DNA of 64,000 bases from Limisphaerales bacterium (GCA_047608975.1 JBLFYM010000003.1:17869-81868); one strand, 5' to 3'. Shown: positions 27,731 through 37,603, counted from the stretch's first letter. The notes: generated by a model from the sequence alone, not told the origin. Translations and numbers: made by a program.

Positions 27731-28468
27731 ATGATCGGACTCCAATCTCATCCCATGCGTCCCCGTTCCATCTGCTTTCTGTTGGTTGCCCTCTTTGCAA
27801 TTCAAACGATCCCCGCCGCCGAGAAAAAGCTCTATGAGTCCGGGACGAAATCCCGGAGCGGCATCGGCAAGTATTTCAAAGGCAGGGAGATCGCGCACTT
27901 CATGTCACATATGGGCGCACCGTGGCTGGAACGAGGCGAACGCGACAAAGAGGAACGTCCGGATCTGTTGATGAAGGCTTTGGCACTCAAGCCCGGAATG
28001 CACGTCGCGGACATCGGCTGCGGCAGCGGTTTCTATGCTCGCAAGATGGCCAAGGAAGTGGGCAACACCGGTCTGGTTTACGGCGTCGATATCCAGAAGG
28101 AGATGCTCGTCATCCTGCGCAAGAACATGCAGGCGAACAACGCGACCAATTTCGTCGCCGTGCTGAGCGATGTCGCCGACCCGAAGCTTCCCGCCGGCAA
28201 GATCGATCTCGCCCTGTTTGTCGACGTCTACCACGAGTTCGAATTCCCTCACGAAATGATGCTCAAGATTGCGAAGTCGCTGAAGAAAGGCGGCCGCGTG
28301 GTGCTGGTCGAATATCGCCAGGAAGATCCCGAAGTGCCGATCAAGTATCTCCACAAGATGACCCAGTTACAGGTGGCCAAGGAAATGAGCCTGCAACCCG
28401 ATCTGGAATGGCAGCAGACGATTCACACCCTGCCCTGGCAGCATGTGATCATCTACCAAAAGAAATAG
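27731..28468 (+). CDS. secreted class I SAM-dependent methyltransferase
   Basis: Only the 3-prime third of the 496-aa track ORF is credible. The ATG at 27731 (or 27755) exposes signal peptide MRPRSICFLLVALFAIQTIPAAE. Motif I is VADIGCGSGFYA. Confidence 0.8.
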   Translation: MIGLQSHPMRPRSICFLLVALFAIQTIPAAEKKLYESGTKSRSGIGKYFKGREIAHFMSHMGAPWLERGERDKEERPDLLMKALALKPGMHVADIGCGSGFYARKMAKEVGNTGLVYGVDIQKEMLVILRKNMQANNATNFVAVLSDVADPKLPAGKIDLALFVDVYHEFEFPHEMMLKIAKSLKKGGRVVLVEYRQEDPEVPIKYLHKMTQLQVAKEMSLQPDLEWQQTIHTLPWQHVIIYQKK

Positions 28469-28477
28469 GTTTTCTGG

Positions 28478-28546
28478 AAAGCTCCAAGCCACAAATCCCA
28501 AACTCCACTCCAATTGGAACCGATTATTTGAGGCGTGGAGTTTTTG
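28478..28546 (+). repeat. heptamer-repeat copy B with hairpin and T-tract (possible terminator)
   Basis: aaagctccaa gccacaa atcccaa actccac... The stem aactccac (28501-28508) pairs with gtggagtt (28535-28542) and is followed by tttgtattt, 10 nt after the methyltransferase stop. Confidence 0.45.
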
Positions 28547-28604
28547 TATTTCCGACCGTTCGACGATGACTTCCCGGTCTCCAAACCCGCTTTCAATTAC
28601 ACCC

Positions 28605-29303
28605 ATGAAATACAAAGTTACTCCCCTCCTTGCCGCCCTGTGCCTCATCTGCGGTTCAGCCTCCGCAGCCAATCCCGTATTCGCCAAGGTCACCGACGAT
28701 CCCAAACTCCCACGCGTCCTGCTGGCAGGTGATTCCATCTCCATTGCCTACACGGTTCCCACGCGTGAATTGCTGGAAGGCAAAGCCAACCTCCATCGCA
28801 TTCCCACCAACGCCGGGCACACGGGCATGGGCATCAAGGGACTCCCCAAGTGGCTTGAAAAGCTGGGTGGCGAATGGGACGTGATCCACTTCAACTGGGG
28901 TCTTTGGGATCTCTGCTACCGCAACCCGCAATCGAAGAACCAGGGTCGCCGTGACAAGGTCAACGGCGAGCTCACGCACACCATCGAGCAATACACCGCC
29001 AATCTCGAAAAACTCGTCGCGCTGCTCAAGCAGACCAAAGCCAAACTCATCTTCGCGACCACCACCCCGGTGCCCGAAGGTGAATTCGGCCGCAAACTTG
29101 GCGACGACCTCGCCTATAACAAGGCCGCTCTGAAAGTGATGAAGAAGCACCACATCACCATCAACGATCTGAACAAAGTCATGGCCGGCAAGATGGACCA
29201 ATACGGAACCAAACCCGGCGACGTCCACTTCAAGTCTGCAGGGAGTCAACTCCTGGCCCAACAGGTCACCAGGTCCATCCTCGCTGAACTGGCCAAGCCC
29301 TGA
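28605..29303 (+). CDS. secreted SGNH/GDSL hydrolase
   Basis: The start was trimmed to the ATG at 28605 (MKYKVTPLLAALCLICGSASA). Block I is VLLAGDSISIAY; a later GVHF-type block is GDVHF. Confidence 0.85.
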   Translation: MKYKVTPLLAALCLICGSASAANPVFAKVTDDPKLPRVLLAGDSISIAYTVPTRELLEGKANLHRIPTNAGHTGMGIKGLPKWLEKLGGEWDVIHFNWGLWDLCYRNPQSKNQGRRDKVNGELTHTIEQYTANLEKLVALLKQTKAKLIFATTTPVPEGEFGRKLGDDLAYNKAALKVMKKHHITINDLNKVMAGKMDQYGTKPGDVHFKSAGSQLLAQQVTRSILAELAKP

Positions 29304-29371
29304 TTCCCTGGCACCGAGCGTTCGCTCATCGCCCACGCGGGGTTGAACGGCGCGGCGCGGACTGCCTCAAG

Positions 29372-30223
29372 TCAGCCCAGCTCTTCGGTGCTCCACCGTT
29401 CACCACTGCGCAACACCTTGTGAGCCTGATCAATCTCCTTGCAGGAGTTGACGAAAAGCTCGGGAGTGACCGTGTTGAACTCGAACATTTCGAAGTGGCA
29501 GGGGATCACCATTTTCACTCCGAGGTCTTTCGCCAGACCTGCGGCTTCAAGTCCGTCGAAGTTGCCGGCAACCCGTCGCGCTGGCACGTCACCATTGATC
29601 GGTAGAATCGCGACATCGGGGCGGAACAGCCGCGCCGCCTCCGCCAACCCGGCATACCATCGGCAATCACCCGAGTGGTAGACGCGCCATTTGCCCACGT
29701 CATAAATGTAACCGAGAAAACGGTGATGACCGCGATCGTCCCGCTCAATATCGTTGTGGGCGGCGGCGATGCCATGCAGCGTGACGCCACCCGCCCGCTG
29801 GGTTTTGTTCGCATCAGCGCCGACGAAACGTTCGGGGCCGTTATGCGAATTCAACCGGGCCGGGCCAATGCCGCGATTGGCTTCCGGCAGGATCACCTGC
29901 GTTCGCGGATTGACGCGCAGTAGCGGCTCCAACGTATCTGGATCGAAATGATCCGTGTGGTTGTGGCTGGAGGTGATGAGATTGACGAAGTCAAGTCGCT
30001 CGGGTGCGATGACCCGTTCGGTCATCCGGACATGCGGCTTGTCCGTATCAGCATATTTCGCCGTGAGCGAATCGGACAGATAGGGATCGATCAGCACATG
30101 CTTGCCGCCGCTCTGGAGAAGGAACCCGCTCTGCCCCAACCACCAGATGGAAAGTTCGCCCAGCCCACGTTTGACGCGTACATCCGCGAGGAAAGCATCG
30201 TCTTTCTGAACTGCTTTGATCAC
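29372..30223 (-). CDS. MBL-fold metallo-hydrolase
   Basis: SHNHTDHFD (HxHxDH) and WWLGQSGFLL are present. The GTG start forms a GTGA overlap with the ThuA stop. Confidence 0.85.
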   Translation of the reverse strand: MIKAVQKDDAFLADVRVKRGLGELSIWWLGQSGFLLQSGGKHVLIDPYLSDSLTAKYADTDKPHVRMTERVIAPERLDFVNLITSSHNHTDHFDPDTLEPLLRVNPRTQVILPEANRGIGPARLNSHNGPERFVGADANKTQRAGGVTLHGIAAAHNDIERDDRGHHRFLGYIYDVGKWRVYHSGDCRWYAGLAEAARLFRPDVAILPINGDVPARRVAGNFDGLEAAGLAKDLGVKMVIPCHFEMFEFNTVTPELFVNSCKEIDQAHKVLRSGERWSTEELG

Positions 30224-31050
30224 TTCAGGTGACCGGTGGTCCAGAGTACTCCGTTCGCCAGCACATTGATGAACGGCTCTTCTTCAAAGGTCGCATCGCT
30301 GTGTCCGTAAGACGTTCCAAAAACTCGTGCTTTGCCGAACTGGTTCACCCAGAACACCGGATGTTCCTTCTTCGTCCGCTCGCTCACCGAGGTCGCCAAT
30401 GGCGTGGTGTTTGGCCAGACTTTTTCAATGACGTAGAGTTCATCGCTTGGAGTCACCCAGTTTTTAGGAAAACCCTTCATGATTGGATGATCGGGAACCG
30501 TCACCTTCACCGGATATTCGCTTTTGTGATCGTGTCGGAAACTCGAGACACCCAGCAACTCGCGCCAGTCGTCAATAACGGCCCCGCGATAGGTGTGCAT
30601 CGCGCAGTGGATCACCAATGCGGGAGTGCCGGACCGATGCGCGTCGGTCACCTTGCGGACGTATTTCGGATCAGTGGTGTTGGCAAAACACTCATTGTGA
30701 ATCACGACGTCGTAATTTTTGGCCCAGTCAGGATCGTCGTAGAGCTTGATCTCCCCCTGGGTGCCCCGACCACCATCGTGAAGCACTGTCCACTTCATGT
30801 TCACCCGCTTGGAGATCCCCTCCGTCAACATCTTGCTCTGAAAGAAATAGTTATGGCAGCAACCGCCCGTCACCACGAGCGCCCGGATCGGAATCGCCGG
30901 CCCCACCTTGGGTGCCGCCGGCTTTTTGCGGTTCTTCCTCTGCTTTCCTTTTTCAGCCGCGCCGAGGTCGAGCACGCCCGCCAGCGCCACCGCAACCACG
31001 ATGAAGCCAAAAACCGATGAAACAATTCCTCGTCGAATGGAAATCTGCAT
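30220..31050 (-). CDS. ThuA domain-containing protein (membrane-anchored or secreted)
   Basis: The start was trimmed to the ATG at 31050 (MQISIRRGIVSSVFGFIVVAVALAGVL). IRALVVTGGCCHNY, VIHCAMHTY and FGTSYGHS are typical of ThuA. Confidence 0.85.
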   Translation of the reverse strand: MQISIRRGIVSSVFGFIVVAVALAGVLDLGAAEKGKQRKNRKKPAAPKVGPAIPIRALVVTGGCCHNYFFQSKMLTEGISKRVNMKWTVLHDGGRGTQGEIKLYDDPDWAKNYDVVIHNECFANTTDPKYVRKVTDAHRSGTPALVIHCAMHTYRGAVIDDWRELLGVSSFRHDHKSEYPVKVTVPDHPIMKGFPKNWVTPSDELYVIEKVWPNTTPLATSVSERTKKEHPVFWVNQFGKARVFGTSYGHSDATFEEEPFINVLANGVLWTTGHLK

Positions 31051-31582
31051 GGCGCAGAGCCTAGGAGCCGATCGGGCATTCCCCAAGCGGATTTCGCCAA
31101 TCCGATCGTAAGAAAGTAATCTCTGCCTGGGCTGCAACTCCGGCTCAGCCGCCCCTCGCCGTCCGCCCGACATCTCGTGAAAGATATTTCCAGGATCAGA
31201 CACTCTATGTCCACCCCTCCAGTCCAGGATGCGCCCATGAAACTCCTCGCTACTGATTGGAAATGCACTGGTGCAAAACACATCTGGAACTGCGGCGCCG
31301 CGGCCTTGTTTCGGCTCGCCGATGGAAGGTTTGAACTGCGTGGCGGCTCGCGTGATGATCGGCTCGAAGCTTTGGAATGGGCTTCGCTCTTCGAGCACGA
31401 TGCCGTTTTCGACCCAACCTGCCCGCCGAAGAATCCCGAACAGAATTAGGTGACTCGGTCTGCAACTCCCATGCCCCGCTGCGGCGGGAGAATCAACTCC
31501 GGCGCGAACTCCGTCCCCGTTTCAACCGCGCCAACGTCTGGCCCTGGACCGCTGTCCATATCGGCCGGCGCGAGAATGGGGA

Positions 31583-33037
31583 TCACGCTCCTCGCTCGAG
31601 CACGGACTCGTAGACCCGCACATACTCCTGACAGGTCCGTGACCACGAAAAGTCTGCGTTCATTCCATTCACACGCATCGAATCGAAGAGCTCCTCGTGT
31701 GAGTAAAGAATCAGGGCCTTCCTGATCGCCTTGGCCAAGGCTCGAACGGAAAACTGATTGAATTTGATGCCATTGGCCTCCGCGATGTCATCTGCAGGAT
31801 CGATCACCGAATCATCCAATCCACCGGTGCGCCGAACGATGGGGAGCGTGCCATAGCGCAGGCTGTACATCTGATTCAAACCACAGGGCTCAAACCGGGA
31901 AGGCATGAGAAAAAAGTCACAGCCAGCCTCGATGCGGTGGGACAAGCCGAGATCGAAACCTATGTTGACGGCAACGTTGTCCGGATACTTCTTCTGCAGG
32001 CCGACAAAGGCCCGTTCCAATTCGGGATCGCCGCTGCCGAGCAAGACGAACTGAAGCCCGCTGGCCACCATTTCCATCAGCGCGCCGAGAACAATATCCG
32101 CACCCTTTTGATCTGCCAGGCGCGAGACGACACCGAACAGGGGCACATCCGCTTTCACCGGCAAACCCATCTCCTCTTGCAGGTCGCGTTTGTTCGCCAC
32201 CTTCCCCGCACGGGCTCGCGCTGAATAAGGATGGTTCAGATGCTCGTTGTCCGTGGTATTCCAATCCTCGTAATCAACCCCGTTCAGAATACCGGTGAGC
32301 AGGTTCTGACGCTCACGCAAGACGTCGTCGAGACCGCAGCCATAGGTCTCGGTGCAGATCTCGCGGGCATAACGTGGGCTTACCGTGGTGATGGCATCGC
32401 TGTAAACGATACCTGCCTTCAAACAATTGACCCCGCCATGAAACTCGATGCCGCGAGGATTATAGACGTCCTCCGGCAGGTTCGTCAGATGAAACGAGCG
32501 CGCCCGTTCGTAGTGTCCCTGGTAGGCGAGGTTGTGAATGGTCAACACCGACTTGGGAGCGTGCCAGGCTTCGGAGAACGCCGGATGCTTCATCAGCACG
32601 GGGACAAGGCCGGCTTGCCAATCGTGGACGTGCACCACATCCGGACGCCAATGGTGGTAGCGCGCGAAATGTGCCACCGCCTTCGAAAAGAAAATGAACC
32701 GCTCGGGATTGTCCTGATACTCCTCGTTGTTCTCACCGTACAGCGCCGGCCGATCGTAGTAGCCAGGATGATCCACAAAGTAGACATCCAGATTCTCTCG
32801 GAACTTCAGGGTGGCGATGCCGGCGTGGTCCCACCCGCCGTTCATCGGCGTGGCGACTGAGTAGTCCAGTTGCTTCAACTCGGGAAATCGCTCGCGAATA
32901 CCTCGGTAAAGAGGCGTTATGACCCCGACCTCGTGTCCCTCCGCTGCCAGTGATTTTCCGAGCGCAGAAACCATGTCAGCCAAGCCGCCCGTCTTCGAAA
33001 ATGGATGCACCTCCGCGGTTGCGAGCAGGATCTTCAT
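31583..33037 (-). CDS. glgA: glycogen synthase
   Basis: MKILLATAEVHPFSKTGGLADMVSALGKSL and the GT5 motifs are present. The protein is 484 aa. Confidence 0.95.
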   Translation of the reverse strand: MKILLATAEVHPFSKTGGLADMVSALGKSLAAEGHEVGVITPLYRGIRERFPELKQLDYSVATPMNGGWDHAGIATLKFRENLDVYFVDHPGYYDRPALYGENNEEYQDNPERFIFFSKAVAHFARYHHWRPDVVHVHDWQAGLVPVLMKHPAFSEAWHAPKSVLTIHNLAYQGHYERARSFHLTNLPEDVYNPRGIEFHGGVNCLKAGIVYSDAITTVSPRYAREICTETYGCGLDDVLRERQNLLTGILNGVDYEDWNTTDNEHLNHPYSARARAGKVANKRDLQEEMGLPVKADVPLFGVVSRLADQKGADIVLGALMEMVASGLQFVLLGSGDPELERAFVGLQKKYPDNVAVNIGFDLGLSHRIEAGCDFFLMPSRFEPCGLNQMYSLRYGTLPIVRRTGGLDDSVIDPADDIAEANGIKFNQFSVRALAKAIRKALILYSHEELFDSMRVNGMNADFSWSRTCQEYVRVYESVLERGA

Positions 33038-33043
33038 GAACGT

Positions 33044-34345
33044 TCAGCAGGCCGGAATGCGATCCGCCTTCAGATACGGCTGGAGCGGTAAGGGGATGGA
33101 AATGCTTCCGTCTGCCTGTTGGTGAGTTTCAATCAACGCGACAAAGAGCCGCGCGAGCGCGGTGCCGCTGCCGTTGAGCAGATGGGGGAAGCGGTTCCCC
33201 TCGTCAGTCTTGTAACGCAGATTCATACGACGCGGTTGGTAGTCCTCGCAGTTGGAACAGCTGGAGACTTCGAGGTAGCTGCCCTGTCCCGGAGCCCACA
33301 CTTCGATGTCATAGGTCTTGGCGGAGGCGAATCCCATGTCGCCCGTGCACAGCAGGATCACCCGATAATGCAGATCGAGCAGCTGCAGCACCTTCTCCGC
33401 ATTGGCGGTCATTTTCTCCAGCTCTTCGTAGCTTTCCTCCGGCCGAACGATCTTGATGAGTTCCACCTTTTCAAATTGATGCACCCGAATCATGCCGCGC
33501 GTGCCCACTCCGGCGGCACCCGCTTCGGCGCGGAAACACGGACTGAACGCGCAATAGAATTTTGGCAGTTCATCCTCCGCCAGAATTTCATCCCGGTGAA
33601 TGTTTGCCACCGGCGCCTCGGCCGTCGGAATGAGATACAGCGAACCGAGTGTGGAACCGTCCAGCCCCTCCTGGACGGCGTAGGCCTGATCCGCAAACTT
33701 CGGCAATTGCCCGACGCCGACCATGCAATCCCGACTGACCAGATACGGTGGTGAGACTTCGGTATACCCATGTTCCGTGGTGTGCAGATCGAGAAGAAAT
33801 TGAACCAACGCCCGCTCCAACCGCGCGCCCCAGCCGGTGTAGAGCAGGAATCCGCTGCCGGAGAGTTTGGTGCCCCGTTTGAAATCAATCAGTGAAAGCT
33901 GTTCGCAAAGTTCGATGTGGTTCTTCGGCTCGAAACTGTAATCCTTCTTCTCGCCGACTTTGCGAAGTTCCGGATTGTCCGCCTCGGATGCGCCGGTCGG
34001 AACTGATTCGTGCGGAGGATTTGGAAGCGCCAACAGAATTTCATCGAGGGCTTCCGTCGCTTCGGTCACCAGCTTGTCCAGTTCCGAAATCCGCTCGCCC
34101 ATCTGACGGACTTCCGCCTTTTTAGCTTCGGCTTCCTCCTTCTTCCCTTGCGCCATCAAGGCGCCGATGAGCTTGGATTCCTTGTTGCGCTGAGCCTTGA
34201 GCCGTTCGGTCTCAGTGAGTGCACTGCGACGTTTTCCGTCCAATTCGAGCAACTCCGGCAATTTGTCACCGTCATTGTCACAACGGGTGTTGAGGCGCTC
34301 AGCCAGCGCTTCCGGATTCTCTTTGATCTGTTTGATATCGATCAC
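33044..34345 (-). CDS. serS: serine--tRNA ligase
   Basis: (M)IDIKQIKENPEALAERLNTR is followed by a coiled-coil arm and the class II core motifs (FRAEAGAAG, GSGTALARL). Confidence 0.95.
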   Translation of the reverse strand: MIDIKQIKENPEALAERLNTRCDNDGDKLPELLELDGKRRSALTETERLKAQRNKESKLIGALMAQGKKEEAEAKKAEVRQMGERISELDKLVTEATEALDEILLALPNPPHESVPTGASEADNPELRKVGEKKDYSFEPKNHIELCEQLSLIDFKRGTKLSGSGFLLYTGWGARLERALVQFLLDLHTTEHGYTEVSPPYLVSRDCMVGVGQLPKFADQAYAVQEGLDGSTLGSLYLIPTAEAPVANIHRDEILAEDELPKFYCAFSPCFRAEAGAAGVGTRGMIRVHQFEKVELIKIVRPEESYEELEKMTANAEKVLQLLDLHYRVILLCTGDMGFASAKTYDIEVWAPGQGSYLEVSSCSNCEDYQPRRMNLRYKTDEGNRFPHLLNGSGTALARLFVALIETHQQADGSISIPLPLQPYLKADRIPAC

Positions 34346-34469
34346 GGCGGCGCATTATAGGGAGGGCGAAGTTCGGAGCAAGCCGACAGGAGAACAGCCG
34401 ATTCGGCCGAAAATGCCAATAAAACGAGCGCGGGCAGGAGCGATCGGAGTTACCGAAACGGTGCCGCGC

Positions 34470-35990
34470 TCAGATTGAGAAGAACGAGCGGAGCTGACCG
34501 AGAAAGTCGTTGGCATACTCGTTGTGCAGATCCTTGTCTGTTTCCTGCGCCCGTTGCGAAGCGGTCTCGGCCAGAATGACTTCGGTCTCCAACTTGCGTA
34601 GAGCCAGGATTTCGCTGAGTCGTTCCAACAGCTCAGGTGATTCGCGCAGCACGATCCCCATCTTCTCACGCGGAATTTGAACGACCTCCGTATCCCGGTT
34701 TGCCACCACATTTGCGCTGTAGGCCTCACCCGTCAGCATCGCCATCTCACCGACGCAATCTTCCTCCCGCAGAAGCCCGACCCGGGTGGGTTTGCCATCC
34801 ATTTCGACCATCACATCCGCCTCGCCGTCGACGATCATCAGCATGAAATCGCCCTCCTGCCCCTGCCGGACCAGTTTCTGACCACGTCCAAAGAGCTGAC
34901 TTTTGGCTCCTTCCACCAATTGGTGAAGCTGCCGTTCGTTGAGCACCGAGAACATGGGATGGCGCGAAAGACTTTCCATCATCTTGGGAGTCTGGTCTTC
35001 CCGACGTTTCTTGCGCTCGAACTGGACCACTTGTTTCGGCCACGGAATCGACATGCCGGCGCGGTGCAACGCGTACCAGGCGCCCGTGCGGATCGCATCG
35101 GCCACGCGATCCATTTTTTCATCTTCATCCAGCCAATACTTGATCTCGTAAATCGCCGCGCGATCGTCGAAATCCTTCACAAAAACCTCCGGCGGCGGGT
35201 CCTTGCGGATGCCGTCCACATGCCCCACCGAATCCATCAGAATCTCCCTCACCTGGTTGGGCGGGCTGCTGTAGTCTGCCGGAATCTGTACGCGGAACGC
35301 ATGCAGCCGAACCGGGTAGTTCAGATTGATGATCTTGTTCGAGATCATGTCTGCATTTGGCAGATCGAGGTAGATGTGATCAATGGTACGCATGCGGGTG
35401 GATCGCCAGTTAATCTCCATCACCTGTCCCATGTCGCCCTCCACCAACAGCCAATCGCCCGGTTTGTAAGGTTTGTCGAACTGCAGCGTGAAGCCGGCGA
35501 ACAGGTTCTTCAGAATGCTCTGCAGTGCGAGCGCGATACCCGCGGTACCGATCGCACCACCGACAAAGAGACCCTGCAGTTTGACTCCATAGATGAACTG
35601 CATCACCGCCAGGACCGAAGCCAGCAGGCCCAACAGCATGGTCGAATGCGTCAGGAACCGTGGCACCACCATCTGCCGCTTCTTCTGGAAGTATCCCTCC
35701 CAGTAGAAACGGTTGACCATCTTGACGATGAACAGGGTGCCGAGGATGACCATCGCGGCCGAAAGGAAGTTCAGTATGTCCTGACTGATCGTAATAAGCT
35801 TGAGCATGCCCTGCTCGTTCGTGTCGTGGGGGAAGAAGATGAATCCGACGCGAAACGAAATCGCGACGCAGAGCATGTGGAATTCTCCTCCGAGCTTTAC
35901 CCCCCAACGTCGCTTGAGCACGCGACCGATGTGGGTCGTGCAGGCATACACGACCAACAGCAGCAAACATCCAATTATCGAAAACCACAT
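34470..35990 (-). CDS. MscS-family mechanosensitive channel fused to a C-terminal cyclic-nucleotide-binding domain
   Basis: The MscS core is PYKPGDWLLVEGDMGQVMEINWRSTRMRTIDHIYLDLPN. The cNMP-binding domain is FGRGQKLVRQGQEGDFMLMIVDGEA...GEMAMLTGE. Confidence 0.88.
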   Translation of the reverse strand: MWFSIIGCLLLLVVYACTTHIGRVLKRRWGVKLGGEFHMLCVAISFRVGFIFFPHDTNEQGMLKLITISQDILNFLSAAMVILGTLFIVKMVNRFYWEGYFQKKRQMVVPRFLTHSTMLLGLLASVLAVMQFIYGVKLQGLFVGGAIGTAGIALALQSILKNLFAGFTLQFDKPYKPGDWLLVEGDMGQVMEINWRSTRMRTIDHIYLDLPNADMISNKIINLNYPVRLHAFRVQIPADYSSPPNQVREILMDSVGHVDGIRKDPPPEVFVKDFDDRAAIYEIKYWLDEDEKMDRVADAIRTGAWYALHRAGMSIPWPKQVVQFERKKRREDQTPKMMESLSRHPMFSVLNERQLHQLVEGAKSQLFGRGQKLVRQGQEGDFMLMIVDGEADVMVEMDGKPTRVGLLREEDCVGEMAMLTGEAYSANVVANRDTEVVQIPREKMGIVLRESPELLERLSEILALRKLETEVILAETASQRAQETDKDLHNEYANDFLGQLRSFFSI

Positions 35991-36082
35991 TTTACTAAGA
36001 CATTAGGAGGCCCGGCCTAATTCCTCAAACAGTAAATCCTGCATCACCGATAAGTGCATGTCTGGAGACCTTGATAATCCCA

Positions 36083-37468
36083 CTACTTCTTGGGCTTCGT
36101 TTCCTGGACAGCCAAATCCACACAAATCAGGTGATCCTCGCTGCGCAGATACAACTTCTTCTCCGACAGAATCGGGGCAGCCCAGCAGGGATGATGAAAT
36201 TCCGGCACCTGCCAGCGAGCCAATTCCACCACCTTTTTGGGATTCAATTCAAAGATTCCCAGCAGACCGCCTTCGCCCAAGCCGATGAGTTTCCCATCCG
36301 CCTTGATCAGCGACCCGCGACCAAACACCTTCGGCTGCTTGGTGGAATATTTGCGCCAACGTTCGTCCCGGCTCCATTTGAGATCGCCCGTCTTGAACTC
36401 CACGCAGCGGAAGACGGCATCCGGCTCGTTTCGGCCGCTGAAGGCGTAGAGGAAACCTTCGTGATAGACCGGCGTCATCCAGTGAATTTCCAGGTTCTGA
36501 TTTTGCCAGACGTGCTCGAACTTGCGATTGCCTTCCTTGATATCCAGCAGAAATCCACCAACTCCGTGGTAGGCCGCAGAACAGTGCACCTGATTTCCAA
36601 CCACCACGGGGTTTGCCGCGTTCACCGAGTCATTCACCATCGCCCTAAACCAGCGGCTGAACAATTCCTTGCCCGTCTTCACGTCCAACGCCACCAAACC
36701 CTGCCGCATCAGACAAAAAACAACCCGCTGTCCGTTTACGTCAGCCGCCACCGGGGAGGCATAACTCGCCTGCTTCCAATGCTCCCGCCAGCCGACCGTC
36801 CGCTCACCGCGCCAACCGAGCATCGGCTCCCCCTCCCAGGTTTTGCTCCCGACATTCTCCCACACGGTTTTCCCCGTGGCGGGATTCAGGGCCACAACCC
36901 CTGAATTGGGTTGACCGCCGACCATGACGATCAACAGGTTGCTCTCCAAGATCGGCGTGCTGCCGACTCCAAAGAACGCCTGCGGCACCTGCCATTCACG
37001 TGACGTATTCCGCTTCCAGATCACCTGCCCGGTCTTGAGATCCAGGCAGCGCAACTGGCCTTCCGCGCCATAGGTATAGCAGCGGGTCTTCGTCAGCAGC
37101 GGGGTGCAACGCGGTCCGTTGTTGTAGCCAAACGGATCCACGTAGGAAGTCGGGTATTTGTGCCGCCAGATCGGCTTGGCCGTATCCCGCTGTACCGCAT
37201 CCACAATCTCCTCGTCAGCCACGCGATGATGCAGGACCAGCACCTCACCGCGAATGGACGGGGCCGCATAGCCCGTTCCAATCCGTTTCGTGAATACTCG
37301 CTTGGGACCCGTCGCCGGAAAGCTCGCGATCAGGCCGGTCTCAGCCGAAGTCGCGTCGCCGCGCGGACCAAGGAATTGAGGCCAATCCTCTGCCACCGCA
37401 AAATCGGCCAGATTCAAAAGGGCTCCGAAGGCAACCAAGTGCCCAAAATTCTTTTTCCAAAAACGCAT
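36083..37468 (-). CDS. secreted PQQ-like beta-propeller repeat protein
   Basis: MRFWKKNFGHLVAFGALLNLADFAVAEDWPQFLGPRGD is followed by repeated propeller blades. The stop is TAG. Confidence 0.85.
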   Translation of the reverse strand: MRFWKKNFGHLVAFGALLNLADFAVAEDWPQFLGPRGDATSAETGLIASFPATGPKRVFTKRIGTGYAAPSIRGEVLVLHHRVADEEIVDAVQRDTAKPIWRHKYPTSYVDPFGYNNGPRCTPLLTKTRCYTYGAEGQLRCLDLKTGQVIWKRNTSREWQVPQAFFGVGSTPILESNLLIVMVGGQPNSGVVALNPATGKTVWENVGSKTWEGEPMLGWRGERTVGWREHWKQASYASPVAADVNGQRVVFCLMRQGLVALDVKTGKELFSRWFRAMVNDSVNAANPVVVGNQVHCSAAYHGVGGFLLDIKEGNRKFEHVWQNQNLEIHWMTPVYHEGFLYAFSGRNEPDAVFRCVEFKTGDLKWSRDERWRKYSTKQPKVFGRGSLIKADGKLIGLGEGGLLGIFELNPKKVVELARWQVPEFHHPCWAAPILSEKKLYLRSEDHLICVDLAVQETKPKK

Positions 37469-37603
37469 AGGTGACGTCGCATTGAACCCTCCACCACCTG
37501 AAGTGGCAAGCGCGTGAAAACAGAAATAAAGACCTTCCTCTTATTCCAATGCTCGAGCCCTCTGTGGGTGAAGACGGAGCCGCGGGAGTTGCCCTGAGCG
37601 GAA

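Noticed and set aside
30220-31398. Long N-terminal extensions of track ORFs (ThuA 392 aa, sulfatase 45465-47183, rpoN 52646-54310, Fur 37604-38347, LOG 7600-8223, and others).
   Set aside because: Internal ATG/GTG codons expose signal peptides or canonical N-termini. The extensions overlap neighbouring genes or spacers and have atypical composition. Trimmed coordinates are used instead.
31177-31449. 90-aa plus-strand ORF as a feature.
   Set aside because: It has no motif, no clear ribosome-binding site, and only moderate codon bias. It is kept as a low-interest finding rather than annotated as a CDS.
34677-36020. 447-aa plus-strand ORF.
   Set aside because: It is antisense to the MscS/cNMP channel gene, which has clear family motifs. 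The translation is His/Arg/Leu-rich and has no recognisable domain.
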